A DNA stretch of 64,000 bases from Pseudomonadota bacterium (GTDB lineage: Archaea > Thermoplasmatota > SW-10-69-26 > JACQPN01 > JAJPHT01): the NCBI GenBank assembly GCA_021325135.1, contig JAJPHT010000006.1:1034-65033 (forward strand), given 5' to 3'. The notes below the pieces were generated by a model. The model saw nothing but the letters and a program-made list of their open reading frames with translations, did not search any database and was not told where the DNA came from. Below, piece after piece: positions 44,400-53,566 of this stretch (position 1 is its first letter; each line of letters begins with the position of its first letter). The translations under genes were made by a program, and so were the position numbers.

Positions 44400-44993
44400 A
44401 TGGTGAAGGGAACCTACGTCGCGCTGGGCGTGCTCGCGGCCATCGCGCTGCTTGCGCTGGGCACCGTCGGAGCCGGCGTCGCGGCCTACAACAACCTCAA
44501 CGCGCAGAGCGTGGCCGTCGACGCGCAGGCCAAGAACGTGGACGTCATCTACCAGCGCAACTTCGCGCTGATCCCCGTCCTGCAGAACCTCACGGAGAAG
44601 TACATGCAGAACGAGAAGGACATCCAGACGCAGGTCGCCGCGCTGCGCAGCGGCCTGCCCACGGCGACCACCGGGAACCTCAGCGTGCGCGACAACTACA
44701 CGCAGCAGTTCGCGAACCTCGTGGCCCTCGTGGGGAACCGCGCCGAAGCGTACCCCAACCTCAAGGCCGACCAGCTCTTCGTCAACCTCCAGGACGAGGT
44801 CACCAACTCGCAGAACAAGATCGCGGCCGAGAAGCTGCGCTACAACGACAAGGCGCAGGAGTACAACACGCTGCGGAACACCTGCTGCTTCCCGATCCTC
44901 GTGAGCCACATGGCTGGCTTCGGGCCCAAGGAGTACATCGGCTACTCCAACCGCCCCAACCAGGTGGACTTCCCCAGCGGGCAGACGATCTAG
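44400..44993 (+). CDS. LemA family protein
   Basis: N-terminal TM, then YNNLNAQSVAVDAQAKNVDVIYQRNFALIPVL...RYNDKAQEYNT. Pairing with a TPM gene is typical. The track start, GTG 44379, is the alternative. Confidence 0.85.
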   Translation: MVKGTYVALGVLAAIALLALGTVGAGVAAYNNLNAQSVAVDAQAKNVDVIYQRNFALIPVLQNLTEKYMQNEKDIQTQVAALRSGLPTATTGNLSVRDNYTQQFANLVALVGNRAEAYPNLKADQLFVNLQDEVTNSQNKIAAEKLRYNDKAQEYNTLRNTCCFPILVSHMAGFGPKEYIGYSNRPNQVDFPSGQTI

Positions 44994-45463
44994 GGCGCGC
45001 CGCGGGAGGGCACGCTGGCCTCGACGAGCGCCTTGATGCGCTGCTGCGCGGCGCGGATGTCCCGCGCGATCACGCGGCGGATGAACGGGCGGAACAGGCG
45101 GAAGGCGAGCATGCTCCATTCCAGCTCGAAGTGCTGCTCGACGCGCGTGCCCCCCTCCACGGGGAGGAAGCGCCAGCGGGAGAGGTAGTGGCGCTCCAGG
45201 GGCGTCGGCGCGGCGTTGCGCAGCGCGAAGAGCGCGGGCGGCTCCCACTCCTCGACGACGACCTCGCGCTCGCGGCGCTTGCCCTGGATGACCTGCGCCT
45301 CGCGGCCGCGCGCGCCCTTCTGCATCGGCCCCTCGGAGGTCTTCACGGCCTCGACGGCGGCCGGGTTGAACTCGCGCACGTGGTCGAAGAACCCCTCCGC
45401 CAGGAAGCGGAACACGTCCTCGGGGGCGCGCTCGATGACGACCTGCTCGTCGACGACGATCAC
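44990..45463 (-). CDS. SRPBCC (START/polyketide-cyclase-like) family protein
   Basis: GTG 45463 overlaps the SDR stop (GTGA). VIERAPEDVFRFLAEGFFDH...W...F..L has SRPBCC-like layout. Confidence 0.55.
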   Translation of the reverse strand: MIVVDEQVVIERAPEDVFRFLAEGFFDHVREFNPAAVEAVKTSEGPMQKGARGREAQVIQGKRREREVVVEEWEPPALFALRNAAPTPLERHYLSRWRFLPVEGGTRVEQHFELEWSMLAFRLFRPFIRRVIARDIRAAQQRIKALVEASVPSRGAP

Positions 45464-46290
45464 GGGGCTCGCGAGGACACCGGGGCCCCGCCGGATGAGC
45501 CTGCCGGGGCGCCGCCGCGCATCCGCGCCTCGAACGCCGCGACGTCGCCGAAGTAGCGCAGCGCGGTCTCGTGGGACGACGGGTTCGTGTACATCTCCGG
45601 CTGGGGGCGATCGATCAGGTCCGCCATCATGTGCGCGACCTCCTCGGCGCTCTGCACGACCTGGGGCCCGACGCGCTGGCCCGGCGTCCAGGGCTCGCCT
45701 CCTCCGCCGCGGACGCTCGTGGGGAAGTCCGTGGCGACGATGCCCGGCATGACCAGCGAGACGTGGATGCCCGGCCAGCCCTCGCGCAGGTCCATGCGCA
45801 GGTTGGCGGTGAGCGCGTTGAGGCCCGCCTTCGCCGCGTTGTACGCCGAGCGGTACGGCGCCAAGGGGACGCGCCCCAGGAAGCTGCTCACGTTCACCAG
45901 GTGCCCCGCCCCCCGCGCCTGGAAGTGCGGCACGATGGCCTGCATGCCGTAGAGCGCGCTGCGGAGGTTCGCGTCGATCATCGCGTCCAGGTCCTCGTCG
46001 GTGAGCGCGAGCACGGGCTTGTTGATGCCCTGCCCGGCGTTGTTCACCCAGGCGTCGACGCGCCCGAAGCGGCGGATGGCCTCGTCGCGGACGCGCTCCA
46101 CGTCCGCGCGCTTCGTCACGTCCGCCGCGACCGCCAGCGCCGAGGGCCCGCACTCGCGCACGACCGCGTCGAGCTTGTCCTTCGTGCGCGCCGCGAGGAC
46201 GAGCCTGTCCCCCTTCGCCGCAAGCTGGCGCGCAAGCTCCGCGCCGATGCCGCTGCTGGCGCCCGTGATGACGACGACCTTGCCGTCCAT
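45460..46290 (-). CDS. short-chain dehydrogenase/reductase
   Basis: VVVITGASSGIGAELA, NNAG and YNAAK catalytic motif. Confidence 0.9.
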   Translation of the reverse strand: MDGKVVVITGASSGIGAELARQLAAKGDRLVLAARTKDKLDAVVRECGPSALAVAADVTKRADVERVRDEAIRRFGRVDAWVNNAGQGINKPVLALTDEDLDAMIDANLRSALYGMQAIVPHFQARGAGHLVNVSSFLGRVPLAPYRSAYNAAKAGLNALTANLRMDLREGWPGIHVSLVMPGIVATDFPTSVRGGGGEPWTPGQRVGPQVVQSAEEVAHMMADLIDRPQPEMYTNPSSHETALRYFGDVAAFEARMRGGAPAGSSGGAPVSSRAP

Positions 46291-46397
46291 GGGCGCGCAT
46301 CGCCAGGTCCACCTTTCTCTCTTGCGTCAGCGGAATTCACAATCCACCTCGAATAGTGTCAAGCCGCCCGCGCCCGCTGGGGGCCGCGCGTGAGACC

Positions 46398-46814
46398 ATG
46401 ACGTACTCCAAGCCCCTCTTCGCCCCGGCGCACAGCGACCGCGAGTCCGCCGGCTGCTGCTTCTACTTCAACAACGCCGGCCAGGGCTTCTACTACTACC
46501 CGAACTCGGGAGGCAACGGGAACGGCAACGTCGCGACCGTGGGCAACAACAGCGCCTCCGTGACGCCCCTGTGCATCGCGTCGGGCACGCCCCTCACGGC
46601 GCCCCAGACGTTCGGCGTCCCCGCGGGCGTGACGGGCGTCAACGCCACCGTGGCGAACGACGGCAGCGCGACGCTCGCCGTGGACACCGCGAGCCTGGGC
46701 GGCTCCGTCGCGGGGCAGCCCATCCCGGGGACCCCCACCGGCGCCGGGCTGCCCACGGGCTGCATCGGCCTGGCGTCGCCCACGACGGGCGCGGGGCTCG
46801 CCACGGTGTGCTGA
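46398..46814 (+). CDS. hypothetical Gly/Asn/Thr-rich protein
   Basis: ORF from MTYSKPLFAP with no signal peptide and 5 Cys including a CC pair. No family recognised. Confidence 0.35.
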   Translation: MTYSKPLFAPAHSDRESAGCCFYFNNAGQGFYYYPNSGGNGNGNVATVGNNSASVTPLCIASGTPLTAPQTFGVPAGVTGVNATVANDGSATLAVDTASLGGSVAGQPIPGTPTGAGLPTGCIGLASPTTGAGLATVC

Positions 46815-46822
46815 GCGCCCCT

Positions 46823-48718
46823 TCACCCGTGGAAGATGGGCCGCAGGCTCAGCTTCGCGGGGATGGGGAGCTTCGCGTGGGGGCGGTGCCCCTGCATGTC
46901 GCGGGCGAGGTGGGCCAGCTCGTCGAAGCTGACCTCCTTGCTCTCTCCGGTGCGCATGCGCACGGGGAGCTTGCCCGCGGCGGCCTCCTTCTCGCCGTAC
47001 ACGATGGTGAGGGGGACCCAGTCCTTCTCGGCGTCGCGGATCTTGCGGCCCACACCCTGGTCGCGGTCGTCCACGTCGACGCGGAAGCCCAGGAAAGAGA
47101 GCTTCTGCGCCATCTCCAGGCAGGCGGGGACGTAGGCGTCGGAGACGGGCAGGAAGCGCACCTGCGTGGGGGAGAGCCAGAAGGGGAGCATGCCCTTCTG
47201 CCCCTGAGCGATGCGGCGCGCCTCGGTCTCCAGCAGTGCGTACACGTTGCGGTCGATGGAGCCCGAGAGGGAGGTGTGCAGGATGAGGGGGTGCTTGCGC
47301 TGCCCGGCCTCGTCCACGTACTGGATGCCGAAGCGCTCGCCGTTCTCGACGTCGATCTGCACCGTGCTGAGCGCGGCGGCCTTGCCCTGCGTATCGACGA
47401 CGTTGAACTCGAACTTCATGACGAAGTAGAAGAAGCGCTCGTCCCACATCTCGATGAGGATGGGGCGGCCGAGGAGCTTCGCGAGGTTCACGGCGAACTC
47501 GCGGTTCTCCTCGAAGAACGACCGGACGAAGCGCACGCCCGCGTTGTAGGGGACGTTGATGTCGTCCATCCACTGCATGCTGAGCTTGAAGTGGTTGAGG
47601 AACTCGGCCTTGGCCTGCTCCATGTCCGCCACGACGGTGTGCATGTCGGGCATGGTGAACGTGCGCAGGCGCCTCAGGCCGGAGAGCTCGCCGGTCTGCT
47701 CGCGGCGGAACGAGTAGTGCGTCAGCTCGTACACGCGCATGGGCAGGTGGCGGTAGCTCATCGTCGTGTCGTGCATGATGAGGTACTGGCCGAAGCAGGC
47801 CGCGAACCTCAGGAAGTACTCCTTGTCCTCGGACTTGAGCACGTACTGGCGCGCGGGGAAGCGGTTGAGGTACTTCGAGAGCGCCGGGTGCTCGTAGTCG
47901 TACATGATGGGCGTCTCGACGCGCATGCCGCCGGCGTCCGCGACGATGTCCGAGACGTGCGTCTCCAGCAGGCGCTTCACCAAGGAGCCCTTGGGGTACC
48001 AGCGGAAGTTGCCCGGGTCGGAGCCGGGCTCGTAGTCGACGAGCTCCATCTCCTTCATCATGCGGACGTGGGGGGGCTCCTGGCCTGCGGCGCGCGTGCC
48101 CTGCGTCTCGTGCTTGTGGAACGCCGCAAGCTCGGGGTAGGGAGAGAAGTCGAAGTCCTTCGCCAGCGTCAGCTCGCCCTGGGGCGTGAGGACGTACCAG
48201 TTGGAGACGAGCTTCTTCTCCTTCTTGAGCGCCTCGGACTCGCGGGCGTCCTCCTTGCCTTCGGCCTTGGCGGCCTCGACCGCCTTGACCTCCTCGGCGC
48301 CGATGCTGCGCGAAAGCTCCGAGAGGGGGTGCCCCTTGACCTTCACGTTGAACATCTTGTACCAGCCGAAGGGCGCGGACGTGACCTGGTAGCCCGCCTC
48401 CGTCGCGGCCTTCTTCAGCTTCTCGCCCGCAAGCTGCGCCTTGGCGGGCGCCGCGAGGCTGCTGCTGAGGTGCGCGTAGGGGTAGAGGACGACCCTCTCG
48501 GCCTTGACCTGGCCCGCGACGTCCTTGAGGTTGGCCAGCGCGGCGGCGACCGCGCCGTCGATCTTGTCCTCGTCGACCTTCTCGACGCTGTACATGACGA
48601 CGAGGGCGTCCTCGACGCGCGCCTGCTTCTCGGCGTCAGTGAGCGGAGGCGGGCTCCGGAGGGCCGGCTTCTTCGCCTCGAACTCAATGAAGTCGCTGTG
48701 CAGGAAGAGGAGCTTCAC
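46823..48718 (-). CDS. thrS: threonine--tRNA ligase, archaeal type with N-terminal editing domain
   Basis: The GTG start gives VKLLFLHSDFIEFEAKK...VVLYPYAHLSS...APFGWYK...KGHPLSELSR (archaeal editing domain). The class II core follows, with FRRE.TGELSGL.RLR.FTM.D.H. The 930-aa track ORF is an extension. Confidence 0.9.
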   Translation of the reverse strand: MKLLFLHSDFIEFEAKKPALRSPPPLTDAEKQARVEDALVVMYSVEKVDEDKIDGAVAAALANLKDVAGQVKAERVVLYPYAHLSSSLAAPAKAQLAGEKLKKAATEAGYQVTSAPFGWYKMFNVKVKGHPLSELSRSIGAEEVKAVEAAKAEGKEDARESEALKKEKKLVSNWYVLTPQGELTLAKDFDFSPYPELAAFHKHETQGTRAAGQEPPHVRMMKEMELVDYEPGSDPGNFRWYPKGSLVKRLLETHVSDIVADAGGMRVETPIMYDYEHPALSKYLNRFPARQYVLKSEDKEYFLRFAACFGQYLIMHDTTMSYRHLPMRVYELTHYSFRREQTGELSGLRRLRTFTMPDMHTVVADMEQAKAEFLNHFKLSMQWMDDINVPYNAGVRFVRSFFEENREFAVNLAKLLGRPILIEMWDERFFYFVMKFEFNVVDTQGKAAALSTVQIDVENGERFGIQYVDEAGQRKHPLILHTSLSGSIDRNVYALLETEARRIAQGQKGMLPFWLSPTQVRFLPVSDAYVPACLEMAQKLSFLGFRVDVDDRDQGVGRKIRDAEKDWVPLTIVYGEKEAAAGKLPVRMRTGESKEVSFDELAHLARDMQGHRPHAKLPIPAKLSLRPIFHG

Positions 48719-48756
48719 GGGGACGCACCAACGGCCGCCGCCAGCGGGGCGCGCCT

Positions 48757-49140
48757 CTATAAGATTGACGGGGGGCCAGACCGCAAGCGGCGCAGCGTCC
48801 ACGCGCCCGCGCCCGAGGCGAGCAGCCCGCCGGCGAGGGACGCCCACACCCAGCCGCCCTCGCCCTGCGCGAGCGCCCACGCCGAGGCCGCGAGCGCGAC
48901 GAGCCCGGCCACGAGGAGCCCCGCCCCCGCCGCGGCGCGCAGGCCGGCGCCCAGACGCGCGCCCGCGACCGCGAGCCCCAGGCCCGCGCCCACGAGGGCG
49001 TAGAGGGGCGCGCGCTCCCCCCTTTGGCCGCAGCCCGCGGAGCAGTCCGCGACGAGGAAGAGGAGCCCGAAGAAGAGGGCCACCAGGGCACCCGCCAGGA
49101 CGAGGAGGAGGGAGAGCGCGATCCGGGGCGCGTGGCGCAT
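48757..49140 (-). CDS. small polytopic membrane protein
   Basis: From MRHAPRIALSLLLVLAGALVALFFGLLFLV, four Gly/Ala/Leu-rich helices. Upstream of, and co-oriented with, thrS. Confidence 0.4.
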   Translation of the reverse strand: MRHAPRIALSLLLVLAGALVALFFGLLFLVADCSAGCGQRGERAPLYALVGAGLGLAVAGARLGAGLRAAAGAGLLVAGLVALAASAWALAQGEGGWVWASLAGGLLASGAGAWTLRRLRSGPPSIL

Positions 49141-49198
49141 GCCAACCCCATGACGTCGCCCCCACAAGGCTCATCTCCTCCCGGGCCGAGTCGCGGGC

Positions 49199-49597
49199 GT
49201 GCACCAGGGCGCCAAGGTGGGGCTCCTCCTCCTTCTCGTCGTGGCCGGCGGCGCGCTGGCCTACGCCGGGAGCCGCCCCGAGGGCTACCAGGGCGTGGGC
49301 GACGTGGTGGCGAACCCCGCGGCCTTCGCGGGGAAGGACCTCCAGCTCAAGGCCACCGTGGTCGAGGGGAGCGTCAACCGCACCGGGGCGCCCATCACGT
49401 TCGTCATCGAGGACGGCCACGCGCGCCTCCCCGTGCAGTGGGACCCGCAGAAGCCCCTCCCCGACCAGGAGGCGGGCGGCACCATCGAGGGGAAGAACGT
49501 CGTCGTCACCGGCTACGTCGTCTCGGACGCCGCCGGCGCGCACCTCGTCGCGCGAGACCTCAGCGTCGGCTGCGCGAGCAAGTACCGCCCCGCCTGA
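49199..49597 (+). CDS. ccmE: cytochrome c maturation heme chaperone CcmE, CxxxY variant
   Basis: N-terminal TM anchor and an OB-fold region collinear with E. coli CcmE (GSVNR...ITFVIED...NVVVTG). The C-terminal VGCASKYRP aligns with the canonical AKHDENYTP. Confidence 0.7.
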   Translation: MHQGAKVGLLLLLVVAGGALAYAGSRPEGYQGVGDVVANPAAFAGKDLQLKATVVEGSVNRTGAPITFVIEDGHARLPVQWDPQKPLPDQEAGGTIEGKNVVVTGYVVSDAAGAHLVARDLSVGCASKYRPA

Positions 49598-49677
49598 ACC
49601 CATCCACCTCCGCACCAGGTGCGCGGCCGAAGGCGCTATCCCCCGGCCCGCGCCTCCAGGGCCGGAGGCACCACCTC

Positions 49678-49863
49678 TTGCGCACCACGACCACCCTGCT
49701 CCTCGTCCTTGCCCTCGGCATCGCCCTCTCCGGCGTCGCCGCGGTGATCCCCGGCGCCGACGTCCTCGCCCCCGTGGGCTTCGCGGACGCCCGCGCCTGC
49801 CTCATCGGCTCCTCGGGCGACTGCATCATCCCCATCTACTGCTTCACGGACCCGTGCCCGTAG
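49678..49863 (+). CDS. possible small secreted Cys-rich peptide (61 aa)
   Basis: The TTG start gives RTTTTLLLVLALGIALSGVAA (signal-like), then ...ARACLIGSSGDCIIPIYCFTDPCP. It is weakly supported and could be a non-coding shadow ORF. Confidence 0.25.
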   Translation: MRTTTTLLLVLALGIALSGVAAVIPGADVLAPVGFADARACLIGSSGDCIIPIYCFTDPCP

Positions 49864-50049
49864 GGCCCCTCGCGGCGCGCGTCGGCGCGCCGCCCTTCCT
49901 CTTCATAGAAAACTCTTAAATCACCCTGCCCCGGTGGCCGCGCGTTCTCCGGAGGAGTCGCACTGGCCACTGCCACGTCCTCGCCCACGAGCGAGCCGCT
50001 GACCCATCGCCGCGACGCGTGGTGGGCGTTCCCCGCCTTCACGGTCGTC

Positions 50050-50823
50050 GTGTACCTTGGCTTCGTCGTGTACGCGACCTACCGCGTGCTGGAGCCCGCC
50101 CTCTTCCCGGGCCGCTTCGCGGACGCGCCCTCGTTCTACTTCGCCGACAGCGGCGTCCAGAACGGCTACTACTACCTCTCGCCCCTGGGCACGCCGAACC
50201 TCACGTTCCTCGTGCCGACGTTCCTCTACTCCATCCACCCCTTCGTGGCGTCGGTGCTCCGCAGCCCGGCGTTCATCATCCTCCCCTTCCCCGCCCTCTT
50301 CCGGTTCACCTGCTACTACTACCGCAAGAGCTACTACCGCGCCTTCACCGGGCGCCCCGCCGGCTGCGCCGTGCCCGCCACCAAGGGCTTCGGCTACAAG
50401 GGCGAGCGCGGCCTGCTCATTCTCCAGAACGTCCACCGCTGGTTCCTCTACGCGGCGATCCTCATCACGCTCTTCCTCGCCTACGACGCCATCCGCAGCG
50501 TCGTCACGCCCCACGGCCTCTACTTCGGCCTGGGCAGCGCGCTCATGCTCGTGAACGTCGCCTTCCTCATGGCGTACACGTTCGGCTGCCACAGCTTCCG
50601 CCACCTCGTGGGCGGCAAGCTGGACTGCTTCACCTGCGACCCCGTCGCGCAGACGCGCTACAAGCTCTGGACGCGCGTGACCATGCTCAACAACCGCCAC
50701 GCCCTGTGGGCCTGGCTCTCGCTCACCACCGTCTGGGGCGTGGACGTCTACATCCGCTACGTCGTGATGGAGGACAAGTTCGGCATCGCGGCGGCCCTCA
50801 AGTCCATGGGGGTGCCCCTGTAA
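50050..50823 (+). CDS. sdhC: succinate dehydrogenase/fumarate reductase membrane anchor (single large subunit)
   Basis: Polytopic protein immediately upstream of sdhA (TAATG overlap). Conserved-looking Cys/His blocks are CYYYRKSYY and FGCHSFRHLVGGKLDCFTC. The true start may lie upstream of the first canonical start codon. Confidence 0.7.
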   Translation: MYLGFVVYATYRVLEPALFPGRFADAPSFYFADSGVQNGYYYLSPLGTPNLTFLVPTFLYSIHPFVASVLRSPAFIILPFPALFRFTCYYYRKSYYRAFTGRPAGCAVPATKGFGYKGERGLLILQNVHRWFLYAAILITLFLAYDAIRSVVTPHGLYFGLGSALMLVNVAFLMAYTFGCHSFRHLVGGKLDCFTCDPVAQTRYKLWTRVTMLNNRHALWAWLSLTTVWGVDVYIRYVVMEDKFGIAAALKSMGVPL

Positions 50824-52688
50824 TGGCGAAGCCTCGCTACGCGGTCCACGAGTTCGACGTGGTCGTCGTCGGAGCCGGCGGCGCCGGCCTGCGCGCGGCC
50901 ATCGAGTCGGCGCGCGCCGGCCGCAAGACCGCGGTCCTCTGCAAGAGCCTCCTGGGCAAGGCCCACACCGTGATGGCCGAGGGCGGCGCCGCGGCGGCCA
51001 TGGGCAACGTCGACTCGCGCGACAACTGGAAGGTCCACTTCCGCGACACGATGAAGGGCGGTCGCTACGTGAACTCGTGGCGCATGGCCGAGCTTCACGC
51101 CAAGGAGGCGCCCGACCGCGTCCGCGAATTGGAGCAGTGGGGCGCCGTCTTCGACCGCACCCGGGACGGCTGGATCGGCCAGCGCGCCTTCGGCGGCCAC
51201 ACCTACCCCCGCCTCGCCCACGTGGGCGACCGCACGGGCCTGGAGATCATCCGCACCCTCCAGGACAAGGGCGTCCACTCCGGGCTCTCGGTGTTCATGG
51301 AGACCACCGTCGTCCGGCTGTTCAAGAGCGGCGACCGCGTCGTGGGCTGCCTCGCCTACGAGCGCGACACCGGCGCGTTCCACCTCTTCAAGGCCAAGGC
51401 CGTCGTGCTCGCCACGGGCGGCTTCGGCAAGGCGTTCCAGGTCACGAGCAACTCGTGGGAATACACCGGCGACGGCTACGCGCTGGCGTGGCAGGCCGGC
51501 GCGGACCTCCAGGACATGGAGTTCATCCAGTTCCACCCCACGGGCATGGTCTGGCCCCCCAGCGTGCGCGGCATCCTCGTCACCGAGGGCGTGCGCGGCG
51601 AGGGCGGCAAGCTCACCAACACCAACGGCGAGCGCTTCATGTTCCGCTACGTGCCCGACCTCTACAAGGGCGAGTACGCGGAGACCGAGGAGGAGGCTGA
51701 CCTCTGGGTCCAGCAGCAGGTCGACCTCAAGGCGGGGACCATCGCCGCGGCCCAGGCCAAGGCGCGCCGCCCCCCCGAGCTTCTCCCCCGCGACATCGTC
51801 GCGCGCGCCATCATGGCCGAGGTCAAGAGCGGACGCGGCACGCCCCGCGGCGGCGTCTATCTCGACATCTCCTGGCGCGACCCCGAGTACGTCAGGCGCA
51901 AGCTCCCCTCGATGTACCACCAGTTCAAGGAGCTGGCCAACGTCGACATCACCAAGGTGCCCATGGAGGTGGGCCCCACGATGCACTACACCATGGGCGG
52001 CATCCGCGTGGACCCCGAGACGCAGATGACCCCCAAGGTCAAGGGCCTCTTCGCGGCCGGCGAGGCCGCCGCGGGCCTGCACGGCGCCAACCGTCTCGGC
52101 GGCAACTCCCTCACCGACCTCCTCGTCTTCGGCCGCCGCGCCGGGCTGCACGCCGCGGAGTTCGCCGCGTCCGCCCCCGCCGCGCCCGTCAACGACGCAG
52201 AGGTCGACGCCGCGGTCGACCACTTCCTGTCGTTCGTCGATGGCACGCCCGGAGAGAACCCCTACAAGGTCTGGGAGGACCTCCAGGTCGTCATGCAGAA
52301 CAAGGCCGGCATGGTCCGCTTCAAGGGCGAGCTTGCCGAGGCCATCGAGGAGCTTCAGGCGATCAAGAAGCGCGCCGCGGCGTGCAAGGCTCCCGGAGGC
52401 ACCGCGTTCAACCCGGGCTGGCACGTCGCCATGGACCTCCAGTTCATGGTCATCGCCTGCGAGGCCTCGTGCCGCAGCGCGCTCCTGCGCGAGGAGAGCC
52501 GCGGCGGCCACACGCGCGGCGACTTCATCGAGACCAACGAGAAGGAGTGGAGCGGCCGCAACGTGGTCGCCCGCAACGTCAACGGCCGGATGGAGATGGC
52601 CGTCGAGATGATCCCGCCCATCCCCGCCGAGCTCCAGAAGATCGTCGATAGCAAGGCCGAGGAGATCAGCACGAAGGGGGTGGCCTGA
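50823..52688 (+). CDS. sdhA: succinate dehydrogenase/fumarate reductase flavoprotein subunit
   Basis: FDVVVVGAGGAGLRAA, KAHTVMAEGG, HPTG, ESRGGHTR. Confidence 0.95.
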   Translation: MAKPRYAVHEFDVVVVGAGGAGLRAAIESARAGRKTAVLCKSLLGKAHTVMAEGGAAAAMGNVDSRDNWKVHFRDTMKGGRYVNSWRMAELHAKEAPDRVRELEQWGAVFDRTRDGWIGQRAFGGHTYPRLAHVGDRTGLEIIRTLQDKGVHSGLSVFMETTVVRLFKSGDRVVGCLAYERDTGAFHLFKAKAVVLATGGFGKAFQVTSNSWEYTGDGYALAWQAGADLQDMEFIQFHPTGMVWPPSVRGILVTEGVRGEGGKLTNTNGERFMFRYVPDLYKGEYAETEEEADLWVQQQVDLKAGTIAAAQAKARRPPELLPRDIVARAIMAEVKSGRGTPRGGVYLDISWRDPEYVRRKLPSMYHQFKELANVDITKVPMEVGPTMHYTMGGIRVDPETQMTPKVKGLFAAGEAAAGLHGANRLGGNSLTDLLVFGRRAGLHAAEFAASAPAAPVNDAEVDAAVDHFLSFVDGTPGENPYKVWEDLQVVMQNKAGMVRFKGELAEAIEELQAIKKRAAACKAPGGTAFNPGWHVAMDLQFMVIACEASCRSALLREESRGGHTRGDFIETNEKEWSGRNVVARNVNGRMEMAVEMIPPIPAELQKIVDSKAEEISTKGVA

Positions 52689-53552
52689 ATGGCCGACGCG
52701 CCCAAGGTCGATATCACGGTCCAGCAGCTCACGAGCCAGAAGGGCCCCGTCGTCATCCAGGCGTCCAAGAAGAGCCTCGTCCACCTGCGCGTCCGGCGCG
52801 GCTTGGGGCCCGAGGGCGCCTCCACCATGGAGGACTTCCAGGTGGAGGTCGAGGAGGGCAACGTCGTCCTCGACGCCATCCACAAGGTCCAGGCCACCGA
52901 GGACCCCTCGCTGGCGTGCCGCTGGAACTGCAAGGCGGGCAAGTGCGGCTCGTGCAGCGCGGAGATCAACGGCGTGCCGCGCCTCATGTGCATGACGCGC
53001 ATCGAGGAGCTTCCCGAGGGCCCCATCGTCGTGGAGCCCGTGAAGACCTTCCCGCGCAAGAAGGACCTCGTCACCGACGTGTCGTGGAACTACCGCGTCA
53101 ACGAGGCGATCCAGCCCTTCACGCCCCGCGAGATGACGGCGGAGGAGAAGGCGAAGGGCGAGTTCAACATGAAGCAGGTCGACGTGGACCGCTCCCAGGA
53201 GTTCCGGAAGTGCATCGAGTGCTTCCTCTGCCAGGACGTGTGCCACGTGCTGCGCGACCAGGGCAAGGCGCTTGATCCCACGAAGGACGGCGGCTTCTAC
53301 GGCCCGCGCTTCACCATCCGCATCGCCTCCCTGGAGATGCACCCCGCGGACGCCGCGGACCGCGTGCCGCTCCTGCGTCGCGAGGCCGGCGTCGGGTATT
53401 GCAACATCACCAAGTGCTGCACCGAGGTGTGCCCCGAGCACATCCACATCACCGACAACGGCATCATCCCGATGAAGGAGCGCGTGGCGGACCGCTACTT
53501 CGATCCGCTGCAGCTGGTGATCCGGAAGGTCACCAACACGAGCCGGAAGTAA
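52689..53552 (+). CDS. sdhB: succinate dehydrogenase/fumarate reductase iron-sulfur subunit
   Basis: CRWNCKAGKCGSC (2Fe-2S), CIECFLCQDVC and CNITKCCTEVCP (4Fe-4S/3Fe-4S). Confidence 0.9.
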   Translation: MADAPKVDITVQQLTSQKGPVVIQASKKSLVHLRVRRGLGPEGASTMEDFQVEVEEGNVVLDAIHKVQATEDPSLACRWNCKAGKCGSCSAEINGVPRLMCMTRIEELPEGPIVVEPVKTFPRKKDLVTDVSWNYRVNEAIQPFTPREMTAEEKAKGEFNMKQVDVDRSQEFRKCIECFLCQDVCHVLRDQGKALDPTKDGGFYGPRFTIRIASLEMHPADAADRVPLLRREAGVGYCNITKCCTEVCPEHIHITDNGIIPMKERVADRYFDPLQLVIRKVTNTSRK

Positions 53553-53566
53553 CGGCGGCCATCGGC

